Source: Azolla caroliniana (Eukaryota > Plantae > Polypodiophyta). From it: 64,000 nucleotides of DNA. How positions within the stretch are numbered: position 1 is the stretch's first letter; every line of letters begins with the position of its first letter. This document shows positions 11,923 through 26,229 of this stretch, piece after piece. Location of the stretch: contig JBHGNT010000011.1 of the NCBI GenBank assembly GCA_043228905.1, positions 9,486,001-9,550,000 of the forward strand. The letters run 5' to 3'. Under the pieces are notes generated by a model. It was not told where the DNA came from. It saw nothing but the letters and a program-made list of their open reading frames with translations, and did not search any database. The translations under genes and the position numbers were made by a program.

Positions 11923-14900
11923 TTACAATGGAAAGTTAGGGAAGTTTGTTCTTAGAGTATTCTCGTGTTCCCATGTGGCATCTTTGATAGATTTGTTCAT
12001 CCATTTAATTTTAAATTCTCGGATTTCTTTAGTACGTAACTTTTTTGTTTTAACATTGAGAATTCTTTCTGGTACATCTGGTTTCGAAGATAAATCTTCA
12101 GAAGTAACTAGAGTTTCAGTTGTAACTGTGTTGTCGCCAGAACCTAGAAGTTCTTTTAGACGACTCACATGGAAGACTGGATGAATTCCAACACCATCGG
12201 GAAGAGTGAGACGATAGGCTGATGACCCAATGCGTTTGAGGACTGTAAAAGGTCCACAAAACCGTGGGGCTAACTTAGCGCACTTACCCGTCGACAATGT
12301 CTTAGAATTGTGAGGTACACGTAAAAATACCTTCTGTCCAAGGTTGAACACACGAGGTTGCCTATGATGGTCGGCATAAAAACGCGCTCTATCTTGAGCT
12401 GTTTTTATATTATCTCGTGCAATATGCAACATATCTTGCATATCCCGAAGAAAGTTTTGCGTACTTCGCAACTCATCATGATGTATATTAACATCAATCG
12501 GGGCTCGTGGCTGAAAACCATACATCAACATAAAAGAACTATATCCCGTCGACGTATGCTTGGAGCTGTTATAAGCAAACTCCAAAATTGAGAGATAACG
12601 TTCCCATTTTGTTGGTTTTGCACCAACGTATGCTCGAAGCATGTCCTCAATAATTTGATTTACTCGTTCTGTCTGTCCATCGGATTGAGGATGATCTGTG
12701 GAGCTCATGCTCAACGTAGTTTCTAACTTCTTAAAGACTTGCGTCCAGAAGTCACTAGTAAACTTTGGATCTCGATCACTCACGATATCCATTGGTAACC
12801 CATAAAAACGAAATAATTCGTCAACGAATTGGTAAGCCAATTCAGGAGCTGTTACCGTGGTTTTAGTAGTAATAAATCTGGCCATTTTAGTTAGTCGATC
12901 AACGACAACCCAGATGGCATCATGACCTTTTTGGGTGCGAGGATGGCTAACAATAAAATCCACAGATATACTTTCTCACTTATTATTGGGAATGTCCAAG
13001 GGATGTAAAAGTCCTACGGCTTTAAGTCGCTCGGCTTTGTTAACCTGACACTGGTGACATTTAGTCACATAGCTATGTATGTCAGGACGCATCTTAGGCC
13101 AATAAAATTGAGTGGAGATGAGAACGAGTGTACGATGTATTCCAGGGTGCCCTTCTGAGGGTGCATCATGGCATTAAAAAAGAATCCTCTTTTTGACCTC
13201 GGGTAAATCTGGAACACAAACCTTCCCATTACGGTAGAGCAAACCGTTAACAATGTGGAAGTATTCGTCCGAGGATGTGGTGGTGTCTGTTCCAGACTCA
13301 ACTCTTGCCCAGTATTTTGCAAAATAATTGTCATCAGGATACTTTCCTCAAAGGTGATCCTAATGATCTGATGTTATTTCAGTGAAGCTAAGCATATTAA
13401 CTTCACGGATGCGACTTAGTGCATGAGCGACAGTGTTCATGGAACCTTTACGATATCATATGGAAAAATCAAAGTCCTGGATGAGATTAGCCCATCGTGC
13501 CTTACGACCTTTCAGGTCTTGTTGGTCACAAAAATATTTTAAAGGACTCGTGATCCTTAGTTACCACAAAGCGATTTCCATAAAGATAATGGCACCATGT
13601 TTTGAGCGCATGTATAACTGCAAATAATTCCTTTTCTTGAACGGTATACCGACATTGAGCAGAAACAAGTTTCTTACTCTCGAATGCTATTGGTTTACCA
13701 TCTTGATACAAGACATCACCTATAGCATAATCGCTTGCATCGGTTTCAACCTCAAAAGGTTTTGAAGGATCAGGTAAAAGAAGTGAAGGAGCCTTACAAA
13801 CCAGGTCGTTGAGTTCCTTAAAGGCAAGGTCTAGTGTAGTATTCCACACAATAGGTTTTGTAGACTTACGCATTTGACCTTTTAAAAGATCAGTAAACGA
13901 CGTTGTCAATTGGTAGTAATTACGAAGAGACTTTCGCAAAAACCCAACAAAACCAAGGAATGATCGAACTTCTCGAATATTCCGAAGAGTGGGCCAAAGC
14001 TTGATTTTCTCAATGCGAGAAGGATCAATTTCAACTCCTCGTTCCGTTATGAGATGTCCTAGATAAGTAATTGATTTCTTGAAGAACTCATATTTTGAGA
14101 TCTTCGCGTAAAACTATTTGTCACGCAATGTTTATAAAACAAAGCGGACATGTCTAGCATGTTCTTGTAATGTACGGCTATAAACTAAAATATCATCCAA
14201 GAAAATAACGACAAATTTTCCAAGTTGTTCTCGGAAAATGTCATTCATTTCTTGTTGAAATGTAGCCAGAGCATTGGTCAAACCAAAAGGCATAACCAAA
14301 AACTCATAATGGCCATAGAGCGTACGAAATGCCGTTTTAGGAACATCGTCCTCACTTATACATATTTAATGGTAGCCAGTACGGAGATAAAGTTTCGTAA
14401 AATACTGAGCTCCCTGGAGACGGTCAATTAGATTGTCAGCCTGGGGAAATGGATACAAATTCTTGATCGTCACTTTATTCAAGCGTCGGTAATTAATACA
14501 CATACATCATGTGCCCTCTTTCTTTTTAACCAAGAGAACTGGTGCACCCCATGGAGATTTACTATAACGTATATAACCTATTCGTAAATAGTCCTTGAGT
14601 TGCTTAGATACCTCATCCTCTTCGGATTGACTTAAGCGATAAGGAGGTATACTTATTGGTGCAACACCAGGTACAATATCTATACGATGGTCTATATTAC
14701 GTTTAGGAGGTAAGCCATCTGGTAGTTCACTCACAAAAACATCACGAAAATCATTTAAGATTTCATCAATTTCTTGTTGTTCAAAATATGTTAATTGAAC
14801 CGAGACATTATCAATATTATAAACGTGAATGTCCGGATCAAGTACACAATAAAATAGAGTAGAACAAGACAACTCGGATATTGATGGACACGAGGAAACA

Positions 14901-16353
14901 ATCGAGAGGGATTGTTTTTTTACACATTGAATAAAATGAGTACAAATGTAATTGAATGATGAACCCAATCAATAGATAAAGAAGAGTTTTTAATATAAAA
15001 CCAGGGATAACCCAGTATTACATCAGTGGTACAAAGATTCATTACATGGAAGCCTACTTCCTCTACATAAGTATCAATAGAAATTCCTAATGAATGAATC
15101 ACCCCGTTGATGTATTGTACTCTTCCATCAGCCAAGTGCACCGTGTAGGTGTGATCACTTATGGTGGGTTAGATTCCCCATATCTGAACCAAACGATCAT
15201 TCATAAAATTGTGTGAGCTTCCCGAATCGAATAAAAATTGTAAAGGACATCCATTGATATACCCGTTTGCACGTAGTTAATCATTGAGACCCAATACATA
15301 GTGAGGGAAAGAACATTGACAATTACTTAAATGATGTGTATAGACCTGAAGGACATTAGGAATCTGACCTTTATGGTCTGCAACTTTAGCTTTGTTGTCG
15401 TGCTCTTTCCGTTGGAGCTTTTGACATTGATATTTTGTATGACCCTTCTTTTTGCAGAATACGCAAAAAGGATGTTGTCGCTTACAATCGCGATCCAGGA
15501 ATTCGTTGGGTGTATTGCATTTTCCAACAAATTGCGACTGCTTAGTCCTGGGCGCTTCGTTGGGTTTGTTGTGGTCTTTCTTCAAAGTGCGTTGATAGTG
15601 AAGAACTATTTCAACGGCCTCTTCGAAGGATTTTGGATCCTTATCGTGCACTATGTAGTGATAGACCGAATTGGGGATGCCATTGACAAAAGAAGCTATC
15701 AACCAATTGTCCCCTTCTAGATCCGATTTTTGGATTTGGCTTCTAGCATGGTGAACATAGTCTTCTAGCGACGAAAATTTCCTGCTAGAGAGGTTCATTA
15801 AAGCTTGTGCTGCCTCGGTTCGAGAGGGAGGTTGTAGAAATTGGCCCTTAAAAACCGTGACAAAATCTGTCTAGGTATCGGGCAATTTCCCCATAGTACG
15901 GAGCCCACGCCACCAGGCGGTGGCCTTACCCCCGAGTTCTCGGCTGACATATGCAATCTTCGTACTATTTGGCGTGGGATAGAGCTCAAAATGAGACTCC
16001 CATCGTCCCAGCCATGTGCAGATTGCTTCTTCGATTCTTTCCTTTTTTTCTCCCGTAAATGGCTTAATGACAAACGATGGTTCACCCTGTAGCTCATGAG
16101 GCCTATTAGTCTCATGTTGTAAACTAATGACACGTGCCTCGAGAGCACTTTGAGATTGCCAAAGTTCGGTCATTTGTTGAGCGGTGAAACTAAGGTATAG
16201 GGTTAGTTGTGAAAAGTACATCTCAATGGACATTTGTCCAGGAGGATTCCCTTGAGTTCCTTTCGCTTGAGCGGATGACATCGGGTCGTTATTTTGAGCC
16301 ATTAAATGATTATTTCTGGCAAAGAAATAGGATAAGGTCAGACAAATAGTCAT
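11923..16353 (-). pseudogene. gag-pol of B2 (frameshifted, stop-disrupted)
   Basis: ORF fragments 15871-16353, 15277-15798, 14507-15141, 13526-13939, 11923-12963. Confidence 0.92.
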
Positions 16354-17686
16354 AACATCATGTCATGATGTAAACATATCATGGGTAAACATTAATCGAT
16401 ATCATGATCTAATATCAATACCCCTCTAGACGTATGAGATGAGGTTCAAGATCAGGTTACTATGGTAACACAAATGTGTTTTAAAGACCATGGGGGTGAC
16501 AAATTAATGTCTTTCCCTGATCTCTATATCGATTTTTTCATGGCGGCTCCCCGAGGCTCAACCATGTATGTTCGCGTCATGAGTAGTTTATACACGAAAA
16601 AAATGTTAACAATAAACTATGTTTCTGTGCCCACATATGTGGTTTCGGCTCTTTAAGTCCTATTACGAGGACCCTGAAATGCACTTAGACCTCAAGTCTA
16701 AACATGTGTTATAGTGATATGTATCAACAATGTTGTATGGTCTTGGTCATATTTGAACTTGAGACCTCGAGAACAAATGCATTAAACACTTGAGCCAAAC
16801 AAGTAGGTTGCTCTTCTTGAATGCTTAATGCTTCATACGTATAAGAGATATGTGAGGCATTTGCCCATATATGTTTTTTTAAAAGAAACATATATGTCAA
16901 GAGTCCTTATTTCCCCCTCGTTTACTACAAAATATGTTGGTACGTTACCTAGCCTCAAATCTCATAATTACAATGGCATACGCCAAAGTGCAACCTAATG
17001 GTCAAGCCAAATGAGCCATGTTTTTGTAGTAGGCCCACGTGGCCCGTCACATGGTTACATCATTACGAATGCCTCTCGTAAGAATGATCTCATGGTGGCA
17101 TCGTATCCATGTAATGAGGGAGGGACGTTGGATATGTGTGTCATAAGAGTGACCTCACATGAAGTGGGTTAAGCCTTATGTACTCAACATCATTATGGCT
17201 ATGATTGTTTCATTACATAACGAAATCGAGGTCATGAACGGGGTTGTCAACAATAAAAAATTGTTGAAAAAGGGATGGTGACAACGCCATTCTCACAAAA
17301 ATGTGAGGACTGCCACCAACATCCTTTTCCCGACAAAGAAAACTTTCGATATAATCATGTAATAACGAATATACACATATGTTTACTTATCACATATATA
17401 CGATTAAATACGTATATATGTGACCACATATGCCTATATTAAAAATATCGTTATATTAAATAGCCACAAATGATGTGATCAAGATACGTAATCGAGGTAT
17501 ATACCTCTACGCACACGAAACATCCACAAATAAGATATCATCGTAATATGGAATTGAGGTATTGACGTCTTACGCATACGAGACCAAACGCATATCCTTT
17601 ACAACAAATCAAGGTATTAAACTCATACGCAAACGTAACATATGTTCGTGAACGTAATACGTAATTGAGGTATTAACCTAGTACGT

Positions 17687-18975
17687 TGTCGCGAAAATAC
17701 GACGAGGATACGTGAAAGTTGAGGCAAGACCCCAGGGCCTTTGTCTAGAGGATATCAAATTCGTGTATTTATGTACTAAGAATTAACCGAAATGAGAAAG
17801 ATTAACAAATTTCATTAATAAAAGGGAAAGAAAGATTACAATCAATCCCAAGATTGGAATTACAAAAGTTTTATCTTATGGAGATGATTAGAATAATAGA
17901 TTAGAGGAAATAAGAGATTATGATTCTTGAGTGATATGGCTTTGACAAGGAATTTTGGATTTTGAGAGATTGCTTCCGTATGGAAATTATGGTTTACTTG
18001 AGAGATAGCTTCCGTATGGAAATTATGGTTTACTTGAGGGATAGCTTCCGTAGGGAAGATTAGGGTTATTGGCTTCGATAATATAAGAGAGCTCCCCCAA
18101 AGAAAAGGAAAAAAAATTAAGATAATATGGAGAGTGAGTCCTAGTGTAGGAAAAAAAATGGAATAAATATGGAGTTCTCCCTTGATCATAGCCTTTCCAC
18201 TTTTTGTTGCATGGCCTCTACTTTTAGTTGCCTAGCTTTTTCTTTTGGTTGCATGTGACTGTCCACATGACCTTTACTTTTTCCATGCAATCCAACTTTA
18301 GTTGCTTGCGTCCACATGGCCTTTACTTTAGTTTGTTGCATGATCCAACCTTTCGTCCGTCCGCGTCCAACCTCGTCCAGTAGTCGATTCCATTTTGCTT
18401 GCCGGCCGGTTCCGATTCCGGTTTTGCTTGCCAGCCGGTCCCGGTTTGCTTGCCGGTTCCGGTTCCGGTTTTGCTTGCCGACTGGCCCCGGTTTGCTTGC
18501 CGGTTCCGGTTCTGGTTTTGCTTGCCGGCCGGTTTTCGGTTTGCATACCGGTTCCGATTCCGATTTGCTTGTCGGCCGGTTTTCGGATTTGCTTACCGAC
18601 CGGTTTCCGGATTTGCTTATCGCACCCGTTTTCCGGATTTGCTTACCGGCCGGTTTTCAGTTTTAGGGAATTTGACCACCATCATCCATCACAACAAAGT
18701 GGCCAAAGTGCTCTTAGCAAAAATGAAAAATGAGGGAGCTCAAGGTGTTTATATAGCCAAGGCCTTAACTTTCCTATCTATGTGGGATAGTTCTAATTTC
18801 CCTATCTTCTCAAACTTTATTTTCTCATAACTTGATATGTATTTCTCCATTTTGTATATAGTAAAATACATTTTGAAGCTCTTGAGTATATCATCTTTCT
18901 ATAGTAAGCTACTAATCTAATCTATAATAATTATTTCATTATTTTTTTACATAGTGTGTGAAGATTCACACGACA
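17687..18975. mobile_element. Solo-LTR-like insertion (~1.29 kb) in the B2 5' UTR
   Basis: TGTCG...CGACA termini; flanks ACGT/ACGC; absent from the equivalent site in B1; no coding domains. Confidence 0.8.
18390..18660. repeat. GC-rich minisatellite (TTTGCTTGCCGG/TTCCGG units) inside the solo LTR
   Basis: >10 degenerate copies; a separate 36-bp x ~2.5 repeat lies at 17961-18056. Confidence 0.9.
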
Positions 18976-19746
18976 ACGCATACGACACTCATCACATATT
19001 ATTTATATGTCAAACGAGATATTGACCTCGTGGACATATGTAAACGTTTTAGATAATCAATTAAATACCACTACAACATCATTGACTTAATGAAAAAAAT
19101 GACATATAAACTAAACACATGATTAGATGGGAGAAGAGACAATAGAAAAAAAAATTACGGAAAGAGTTACAAAAGTTCTTTGTTGATCGTTGTCTGAATC
19201 AAGGCCAACCGCACATCGATCGATCACCATCAATAAAAAGACAAAAGATAAACAAAGAAACATTACTACATAGCTTTGATACCAAATATTAGAGATCTAG
19301 GTACTAAAGTAAGCTTAAGATAAGGATAAACTAATGATAGATAGAAAGGAGAAAGAGAAAGAAGGGTGTCGATCCACCCGACCACCCTCGAGCGAAGGGA
19401 TCGAAATGGACTCAAGCCTCGATCGGCGTCCTATACCACCATCGTGGCGTCGAGTCGTACCTGGTGCTGGCACGCTCGCTACAAGAGTTGGCCCACCACA
19501 AGAGCAAAGTCTCGATGTAGTCAAAAGATGCTCAAGTGAGGGTAGCTAGGCCTCTTATTTATAGCGATACCCAAGGCCCCCAGGCAAGTTCACACTTGAC
19601 CTAATGGGTTGTCTCAATCCCAAGGATTAAAAGTAATCCTCCCTGTCTTTACACTCTCGTTTAACCCTCACATTTATCCACGTGTATAGAATACTACGGT
19701 AAATTCTCACCACGGGATATTAAATGGTCATGCTCGTAACAACCAA

Positions 19747-20376
19747 GATTAGCTTCTAAAATGTTTTGGCAATAATTTCGAAGATTTCGATATGCAAATA
19801 CATGATCCCCATGGATTTGAGCATGTGCACTTTCTTTTTCTTTCCACGCTACCCTATAAGAGATCATGACACCTTTTTCACGATACACATCACCATTAGT
19901 TCCTTCAGTGTGTATGTAGGATGTTCTTTAAACTTCTCCAATGTTGTTTCAACCAACCATTTTGAGCTTACTCTTTGTTCCCTAAGTGTTGAGTGCCACC
20001 ACATTTATGTTCTTCCCTATTCTTCTTGATATGACATTTTGGACCTCCTTCAATACAAGATGCATGCAACCTCCATCGACATCCAGAATTTTTGCATGCA
20101 ATAGTTTATCTAGCAAAAGTCATGTGAGAACAAATTTAAGATTAAAAGTCAAGTGAGTGTAAGAGCATATGAGTGCAAAATTCATGTGAAACTTGTTTTA
20201 TCCGACTTGATCACTCTTAGCTCAAGATGAGAGCCAATTGCATCATCTCTCACAGCTTGTCGAAGCTCCTTCAAAGAGTCAAACTGCCTTCCCTCCACCA
20301 AAGCCATTCTATGAGAGACATCAAACAACGAAATGAGAGAGAGACGGAGAGAAGAAGAGGAAGAAGTGAGTTTCAA
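19747..20376 (-). pseudogene. mudrA: MuDRA-like transposase, N-terminal part
   Basis: LVEGRQFDSLKELRQAVRDDAI...RVIKSDK MuDR N-terminal motif; ISYRVAWKEKESA; rejoins 11439 across the B2 TSD. Confidence 0.85.
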
Positions 20377-20901
20377 CCCTCCAATGTATGCAAAACATTA
20401 TCAATCTGGCTATAAAATACCACATTTATTCTCTGATAAAAAAGAAGAAGACGAAGAAGTGAGTTTCAACCCTCTAAGGTGTCAAAACCAAGAGAGAAGG
20501 TAAAGTGATAGAAGAAAGATATAAAGAGATCACAAGAAGAGGAATGAAATGATAAGAGAAGAATGAATGTATTAAAGTAGAATAAGAATGGATACAAGAT
20601 AGGCGATGAGAGCTTAAGACGGGTGTTGATTCGAATTAGTTTTGAGAAGAATTGTATGTCCATATTTATAGGTTCCTATAGAATAACCTAGTGATTTCTA
20701 TAATGTTCTAGAATGTTCTAGACCTAGAATATTCTAAGATGTTCTAGGATGTTCTAGGATGTTCTAGAACATTTACAATATCAGTCTATTATAAGAAGTA
20801 GCTTTTATTATTTCATATAATCATATGTTATCTTAATGGTTAGGATCTTGATTATGTATTACAAGGTCTTGGGTTCAAGCCCAAGTGAAGCCACATAATG
20901 T

Positions 20902-21383
20902 TCACGGATTCATGACACTATCCCTCCTCTTAAAACGACAAGTGGAAGGAGTTGTTAACAATGCAGGGTCGGGTTTGTTGGGATAGTGACGATGGAAGTC
21001 GTCAATAAGAGCTTTAGCATTAAAAACATTATCAACGGGTTCCCATGTGCGATCACTCGGAGTATAGCCTAGCCAATCAACTAGATAATACAACTTATTG
21101 CGCACAATCTTTGAATTAAGAATGGAGGCTACCTCATACTCTGGGCCATTAGCAAGTTGGAGAGGAGGCGGTGGTGGCACGACACGATTGGGAATCGAGC
21201 TGGTGTGGTAAGGTTCGAAAAGAGAGTTGTGAAAGACTGGATGAAGCCGCAAACTTGTAGGAAGATCAAGACGGAATGTTGCATCATTAATCCGCTTCGT
21301 GATGACAAAAGGACCCAAGCGTTTATAATCTAGTTTATCACATGGTCGAGTAGTCTTTATGTGACGGCATAACAACCATACCC
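20902..21383 (-). pseudogene. Integrase C-terminus (GPF) and chromodomain of E
   Basis: LGPF...LHPVFH...EYEVASIL...YYLVDWLGYTPSDRTWEP. Confidence 0.92.
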
Positions 21384-21834
21384 TGACGGGAACTCAACGC
21401 TCCTTATACACAATGCTAAGCCACAACCGAGTTTCTTTCCGTACACAGAAAAACATGTAATGAATCGCGACACAAAGAAGAGAAATGGTACACAGGAGGT
21501 TTACGTGGAAAACCCCCAAACTAGGGGAAAAAACCACGGCAGCCCACAGGCTGCAAACTGTCACTATGTATGAATGTACAAAACAGTGAGTTCACGGAGG
21601 CAACGACCTCGGACTCACGCTCTTCGCCACAGGCGGCGGTTACAACAGAGGCAATGATCTCTCTCTCTGTACAACGTTACGTGCTCTCTCTTCTTCTTGC
21701 ACCAACAAGGAGAAAATAACCACTACAAAAAATTTGCCCTAAGTCATATTTATACTAATATGACTTTTCGGCTATTTACAAATATAGCCTCGATGGGCTC
21801 TCAGAAACATATTTACGAATATGTCTCTTCCTTC

Positions 21835-22105
21835 GGTTCTCACCGGTTCTATACCATTCGGCTCTCCGTAGCCGGGTACTCCTCATCCGGTTCACACCGG
21901 GCCTGCACCATCCGGCTCTCCGTAGCCGGGTACTCCTCATTCGGTCTTCACCGGGCCTGCACCATCTGGCTCTCCGTAGCCGGGTACTCCTCATCCGGTC
22001 TTCACCGGGCTTGCACCATCCGGCTCTCCGTAGCCGGGTACTCCTCATCCGGCTCACACCGGGCCTGTATCATCCGGCTCTCCGTAGCCGGGTACTCCTC
22101 ATACC
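21835..22105. repeat. 54-bp tandem repeat in F 3' LTR (~5 copies; ~6 copies at 26720-27045 in 5' LTR)
   Basis: Unit contains CGGCTCTCCGTAGCCGGGTACTCCTCAT. Confidence 0.92.
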
Positions 22106-22182
22106 GTTTCGGCCTCGGCCTATCGGAGGGTGTTCTTCTCCCTTCCCATCTGGAGGGATCTGTTTCCCAACAAACTCCCCCT

Positions 22183-25100
22183 TCACTCCGGCATGGGGTG
22201 TCTTACCAGCCCGATCTTCTTACGACATGCGTTCAGCTTGTCGGTTGTCAACACTTTGGTCAGCATATCTGACCCGTTCTCAGTCGTGTGGATCTTCGTC
22301 AGTGCGAACTCTTGGTCATCTAATCTTTCCCGGATCCAGTGATACCTCCGCTGGATATGCTTCGTCCGGGAATGGTAGGCCGCATTCTTAGCAAGGTGGA
22401 TGGCACTTTGACTGTCGCAATAGAGTCGGTATTCCTCTTGCCGTTTACCGAGCTCTCCGATGAAGTCCTTTATCCATAAAATTTCCTTGCCGGCTTCCAC
22501 AGCCGCCATGTACTCCGCCTCCGTGGTTGAGAATGCAACCGTCTTCTACAGCCTCGACTGCCACGAAACAGCTCCCCCTGCATATGTCATTACATACCCG
22601 GATGTCGATCGGCTGGTATCCACATCAGCCGACATGTCCGAATCGGTGAAACCGTCCAGTTGAGGTTTTCCGGAGCCGAATCGGAGACACATATTTGAAG
22701 TGCCCTTCAAATACCGGAGTATCCACTTGACCGCCTTCCAGTGCTCCTTGCCGGGATTACTCATGAACCGGCTCACCACCCCGACTGCGTATCCTATATC
22801 CGGTCGGGTACAAACCATTGCGTACATCAAGCTCCCGACGGCAGAGGCATATGGAATCTTCATCATATCTGCCTTCTCTCCTTTCATCTTCGGGCTTTGC
22901 TTTCCGGATAGCTTGCAGTTTGCCGGAAGTGTTGATCCGACCGGTTTTGCATCTGACATGTTGAACTGGTGAAGCACCTTTGTCACGTACTTCTCCTGTG
23001 ACAGCCATAATTGCTTCGCTTTCCAGTTACGGATGATGTACATCCCCAGCATCTGTCTTGCCGGACCCAAGTCTTTCATTGAGAAGGTCCGGTTGAGAGC
23101 CTTCTTCAGCATCCGTATTTTGACTTGTTCCCGTCCGACAATCAACATGTCATCCACGTACAGGAGGAGTATCAGGAAATCCCCTCCTTCAAACTTCTTC
23201 ACAAACACGCAGTGATCAGCCTGCGTCTTGTGGTACCCTTGATCGGTCATGAAGGAGTCGAACTTCTGGTACCATTGCCGGGGAGCCTGCTTCAGTCCGT
23301 ACAGGCTCTTCTTCAACCGGCATACCAGGTGCTCCTTCCCTTTCTCCACGAAACCTTCCGGTTGCTGCATGTAGATCTCCTCTTCGAGGTCGCCGTGAAG
23401 GAATGCCGTCTTCACGTCCAGCTGCTCTACCTTGAGGTCCATGCTTGCTGCTATACTCAGCACCGTCCGGATGGAGGTCATCTTTACTACCGGGGCAAAT
23501 ATCTCGTCGAAGTCCACGCCCTTCTTCTGCTGGAACCCCTTCACCACGATCCTGGCTTTGTATCTCGGGGGGTTGCCGACATCTCCCGGTTTCAACTTGT
23601 ACACCCACTTGTTTCGGAGTGCCCGCTTTCCTTTTAGCAGCTCCACCAATTCGTACGTATGGTTCTCATGCAGGGAATCCATCTCATCCTGCATGGAACT
23701 TAACCATTTTCGGTTGTGGGTGTCTTCCTTCGCTTCTTCGAAGCTTTCCGGCTCCCCCTCATCGGTCAGCAGAACATGCTCTGCATCCGGAAATCTCCGG
23801 GGCAGCCTTCTCTCTTTGAGAGGATATCTACGTCTTCGGGCTTCGGTAACCGGCTCCTCCATCTGCTCTTCATCCGAATCCGATTCGGGGTCTTGGCCGG
23901 TTCCGGTCTCAGCTTCCTCTACTTCTTCTTCTGCCGGTTCGGTATCCTCACCGTAACCGGCTAGTTCCTCGAGTGCTAACCGATCTCTTGCCGGTTGGGT
24001 CTGCTCATCGTAGAGTCTATCCTTACTGGTTGACTCGGAGTTCATTATCTTCTTCTCCGACTCCCAGTCGGCGAGCGTCTTGTCCTCCATGAAGATAATA
24101 TCTAGACTCCGGAATACCTTCTTGTCAACCGGGTCCCACACTTGGTAGCCGAACTCATCGTCACCGTAACCAAGGAATATGCATGGCCGGGTCTTTGGAT
24201 CTAACTTTCCTCTCCAGTCCTTTGCTACATGCATGTACGCGAGACACCCGAACACCCTTAGATGCCGGTAGGACACTTCCTTACCGGTCCATACTCTCTG
24301 TGGCGTGTCTCCATCCAAGGGTACTGAGGGTGATCTGTTTATCACATATGTCGCCGTCGACAGTGCCTCAGCCCAAAACTTCTTGGGTAGTTTTGCATGC
24401 GCTAGCATACTCCAGACCCTCTCCATTATGGTCCGGTTCATCCTCTCGGCCAGTCCGTTTAGTTCCGGCGTCTTCGGCACGGTAAATTCGAGCCGGATGC
24501 CCTTCGAGCGGCAGTACTCCTCGAACTGCCCCCGGTACTCTCCTCCGTTATCTACTCGAACCGCCTTCAGCTTCCGGCCGGTTTCTCTTTCCACTCTCGC
24601 GTGGAGCTCTCTGAAGACGGATAACACCTAATCCTTCGTCTTCAACGGTGTGGCCCACAGCTTCCGGCTGTGGTCATCTATGAACGTCACGAAGTACTGC
24701 GCTCCGGCATGTGACTTCGTGTCTATCTGACACACATCCGTATGCACCAACTCAAGTGGTGTATTACGTCTCATCGGTGGCCTTGGTCGGAAGGAGGTCC
24801 GGTTCTGCTTACCGGCCAGACAATCAGTGCACTTCTGTAAGTGCACATTCTTCACTGGAATGAGGTTGTCGTCTGCAAGCCTCTTCATCCCCTTCTCGCT
24901 CATATGACACAGCCTCTTGTGCCACAGCTCACCGGTAGTGTCGGATGCCACGTTCACTTCTTCCGGACATAACCGGGCATTCATTAGGTACAACGTGTTG
25001 ACCTTCCGGGCCCGAGCCACAATCAGGCTCCCTTTGCTGAACTTCATGACACCGTTCCGGATGCTACCCGTGTAGCCTTCATCATCTAGCCGACCGGCTG

Positions 25101-26229
25101 ATATCAGGTTCTGACGAACTTCCGGAACGTGTCCGACATCCTTCAACAGCAACTTGCATCCGGTTGGTGTTGTCAGCCACACGTCTCCTATGCCGACATT
25201 TCGGCATGTTCCTTCATTCCCCATCCGGACACAACCGTGATCACCGGCTGAATAGGATGAGAAGCATTTCCGGTCCGGGGTAAGGTGGAATGACGCTCCG
25301 GAGTCTACCACCCAGGTCATCTCGTCGCCGGCAAGGTTTATTTCACTCTCCTCGGTGATGAGCATCAACTCTTCTTGACTTGCCGCGATTGCCGTTGTTC
25401 CCTTCCGGTCCGGCCCCCTCCGGTCTTTACCGTTCCGGTCTGAGGTTTGCTTCGAATCGGTACCGTCGGTTTCCTTGTCTTTACGAAAATGCCGACAGTT
25501 CTTTTGGAAGTGTCCCGGCTTGCCGCAATAGAAGCAGGTAGGCCTCCCCCTTGACTTTGACCGTGTCCCCAACTTCTCCCGGTTCTGGGGACTACGGTTT
25601 CTATGTCTTCCGCGTTTCGATTTGGGAAGAAGCGATTTGGAGTCGGAGCTCGTATCTTTGTCTTTCTGACGCGCCTCCTCATCTAGCAAACTCGACTTTA
25701 CTCTTGCTAGGGATAACCGTTTTCCTTCCGGCCCGGCGTTGCCCAAAGTGACAACCAACGTCTCCCAGCTATCCGGGAGGGAACCGAGCAGGAGTAGCGC
25801 TAATACTTCATCGGCAAGAGGTACTTCCAATGACGTTGCCTGGTGTATCAGCCCCTGGAAGGCATTCATATGCTCCGCCATGCTGGAGCCATCTTGGTAC
25901 CGGAGTCTTACTAGCTTCCGGAATACCGAAACCTAATTAACAACATTTTGGTTTTGGAACATTATGCCGATCTTCTCCCAGAGCTCATGAGCCTTGCTCT
26001 CTTCATTGAAGTTGTTGTACAGGCTCATGTCGATGAAGCACCGTATGTACGTCGTTGTCTTCATGTGCATCACCTCCCATATCGCGGCGTCGATTTTGTC
26101 CGGTCTCTTGTCCCCAAACTGAACCGGCAGCCAGAGGTCTTTAACTACGAGCATGTCCCTCATCTTCGACTTCCACACTGAATAGTTGGAGCCGGTGAGC
26201 TTGAACATGCCGCCAAACGATTCGTCCAT
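22183..26229 (-). pseudogene. Copia F gag-pol polyprotein (single frame, premature stops)
   Basis: Consecutive same-frame ORFs 25933-26349, 24628-25881, 22546-24627, 22183-22509. Confidence 0.93.

Larger units (their letters stand above)
11440..19741 (-). mobile_element. Full-length degenerate Ty3/gypsy chromovirus B2 inserted in the MULE transposase
   Basis: LTRs 11440-11894 and 19287-19741; TSD ACCAA; PBS-Met 19273-19284; PPT 11895-11908; gag-PR-RT(FLDDIL)-RH(ETDASDYAIG)-IN(SDRDPKF, GPF) and C-terminal chromodomain-like IKW...ATWE. Confidence 0.95.

Noticed and set aside
18316-18830. Overlapping ORFs in several frames
   Set aside because: Produced by a stop-free GC-rich minisatellite in a solo LTR.
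21835-22105. CRISPR-like look of the palindromic 54-bp repeats
   Set aside because: No unique spacers, no cas genes, located inside copia LTRs in eukaryotic DNA.
23033-24631. Many + strand ORFs opposite copia and gypsy pol genes (also 33314-35529, 52305-58531, 61460-62227)
   Set aside because: Antisense shadow ORFs of GC-rich coding sequence.
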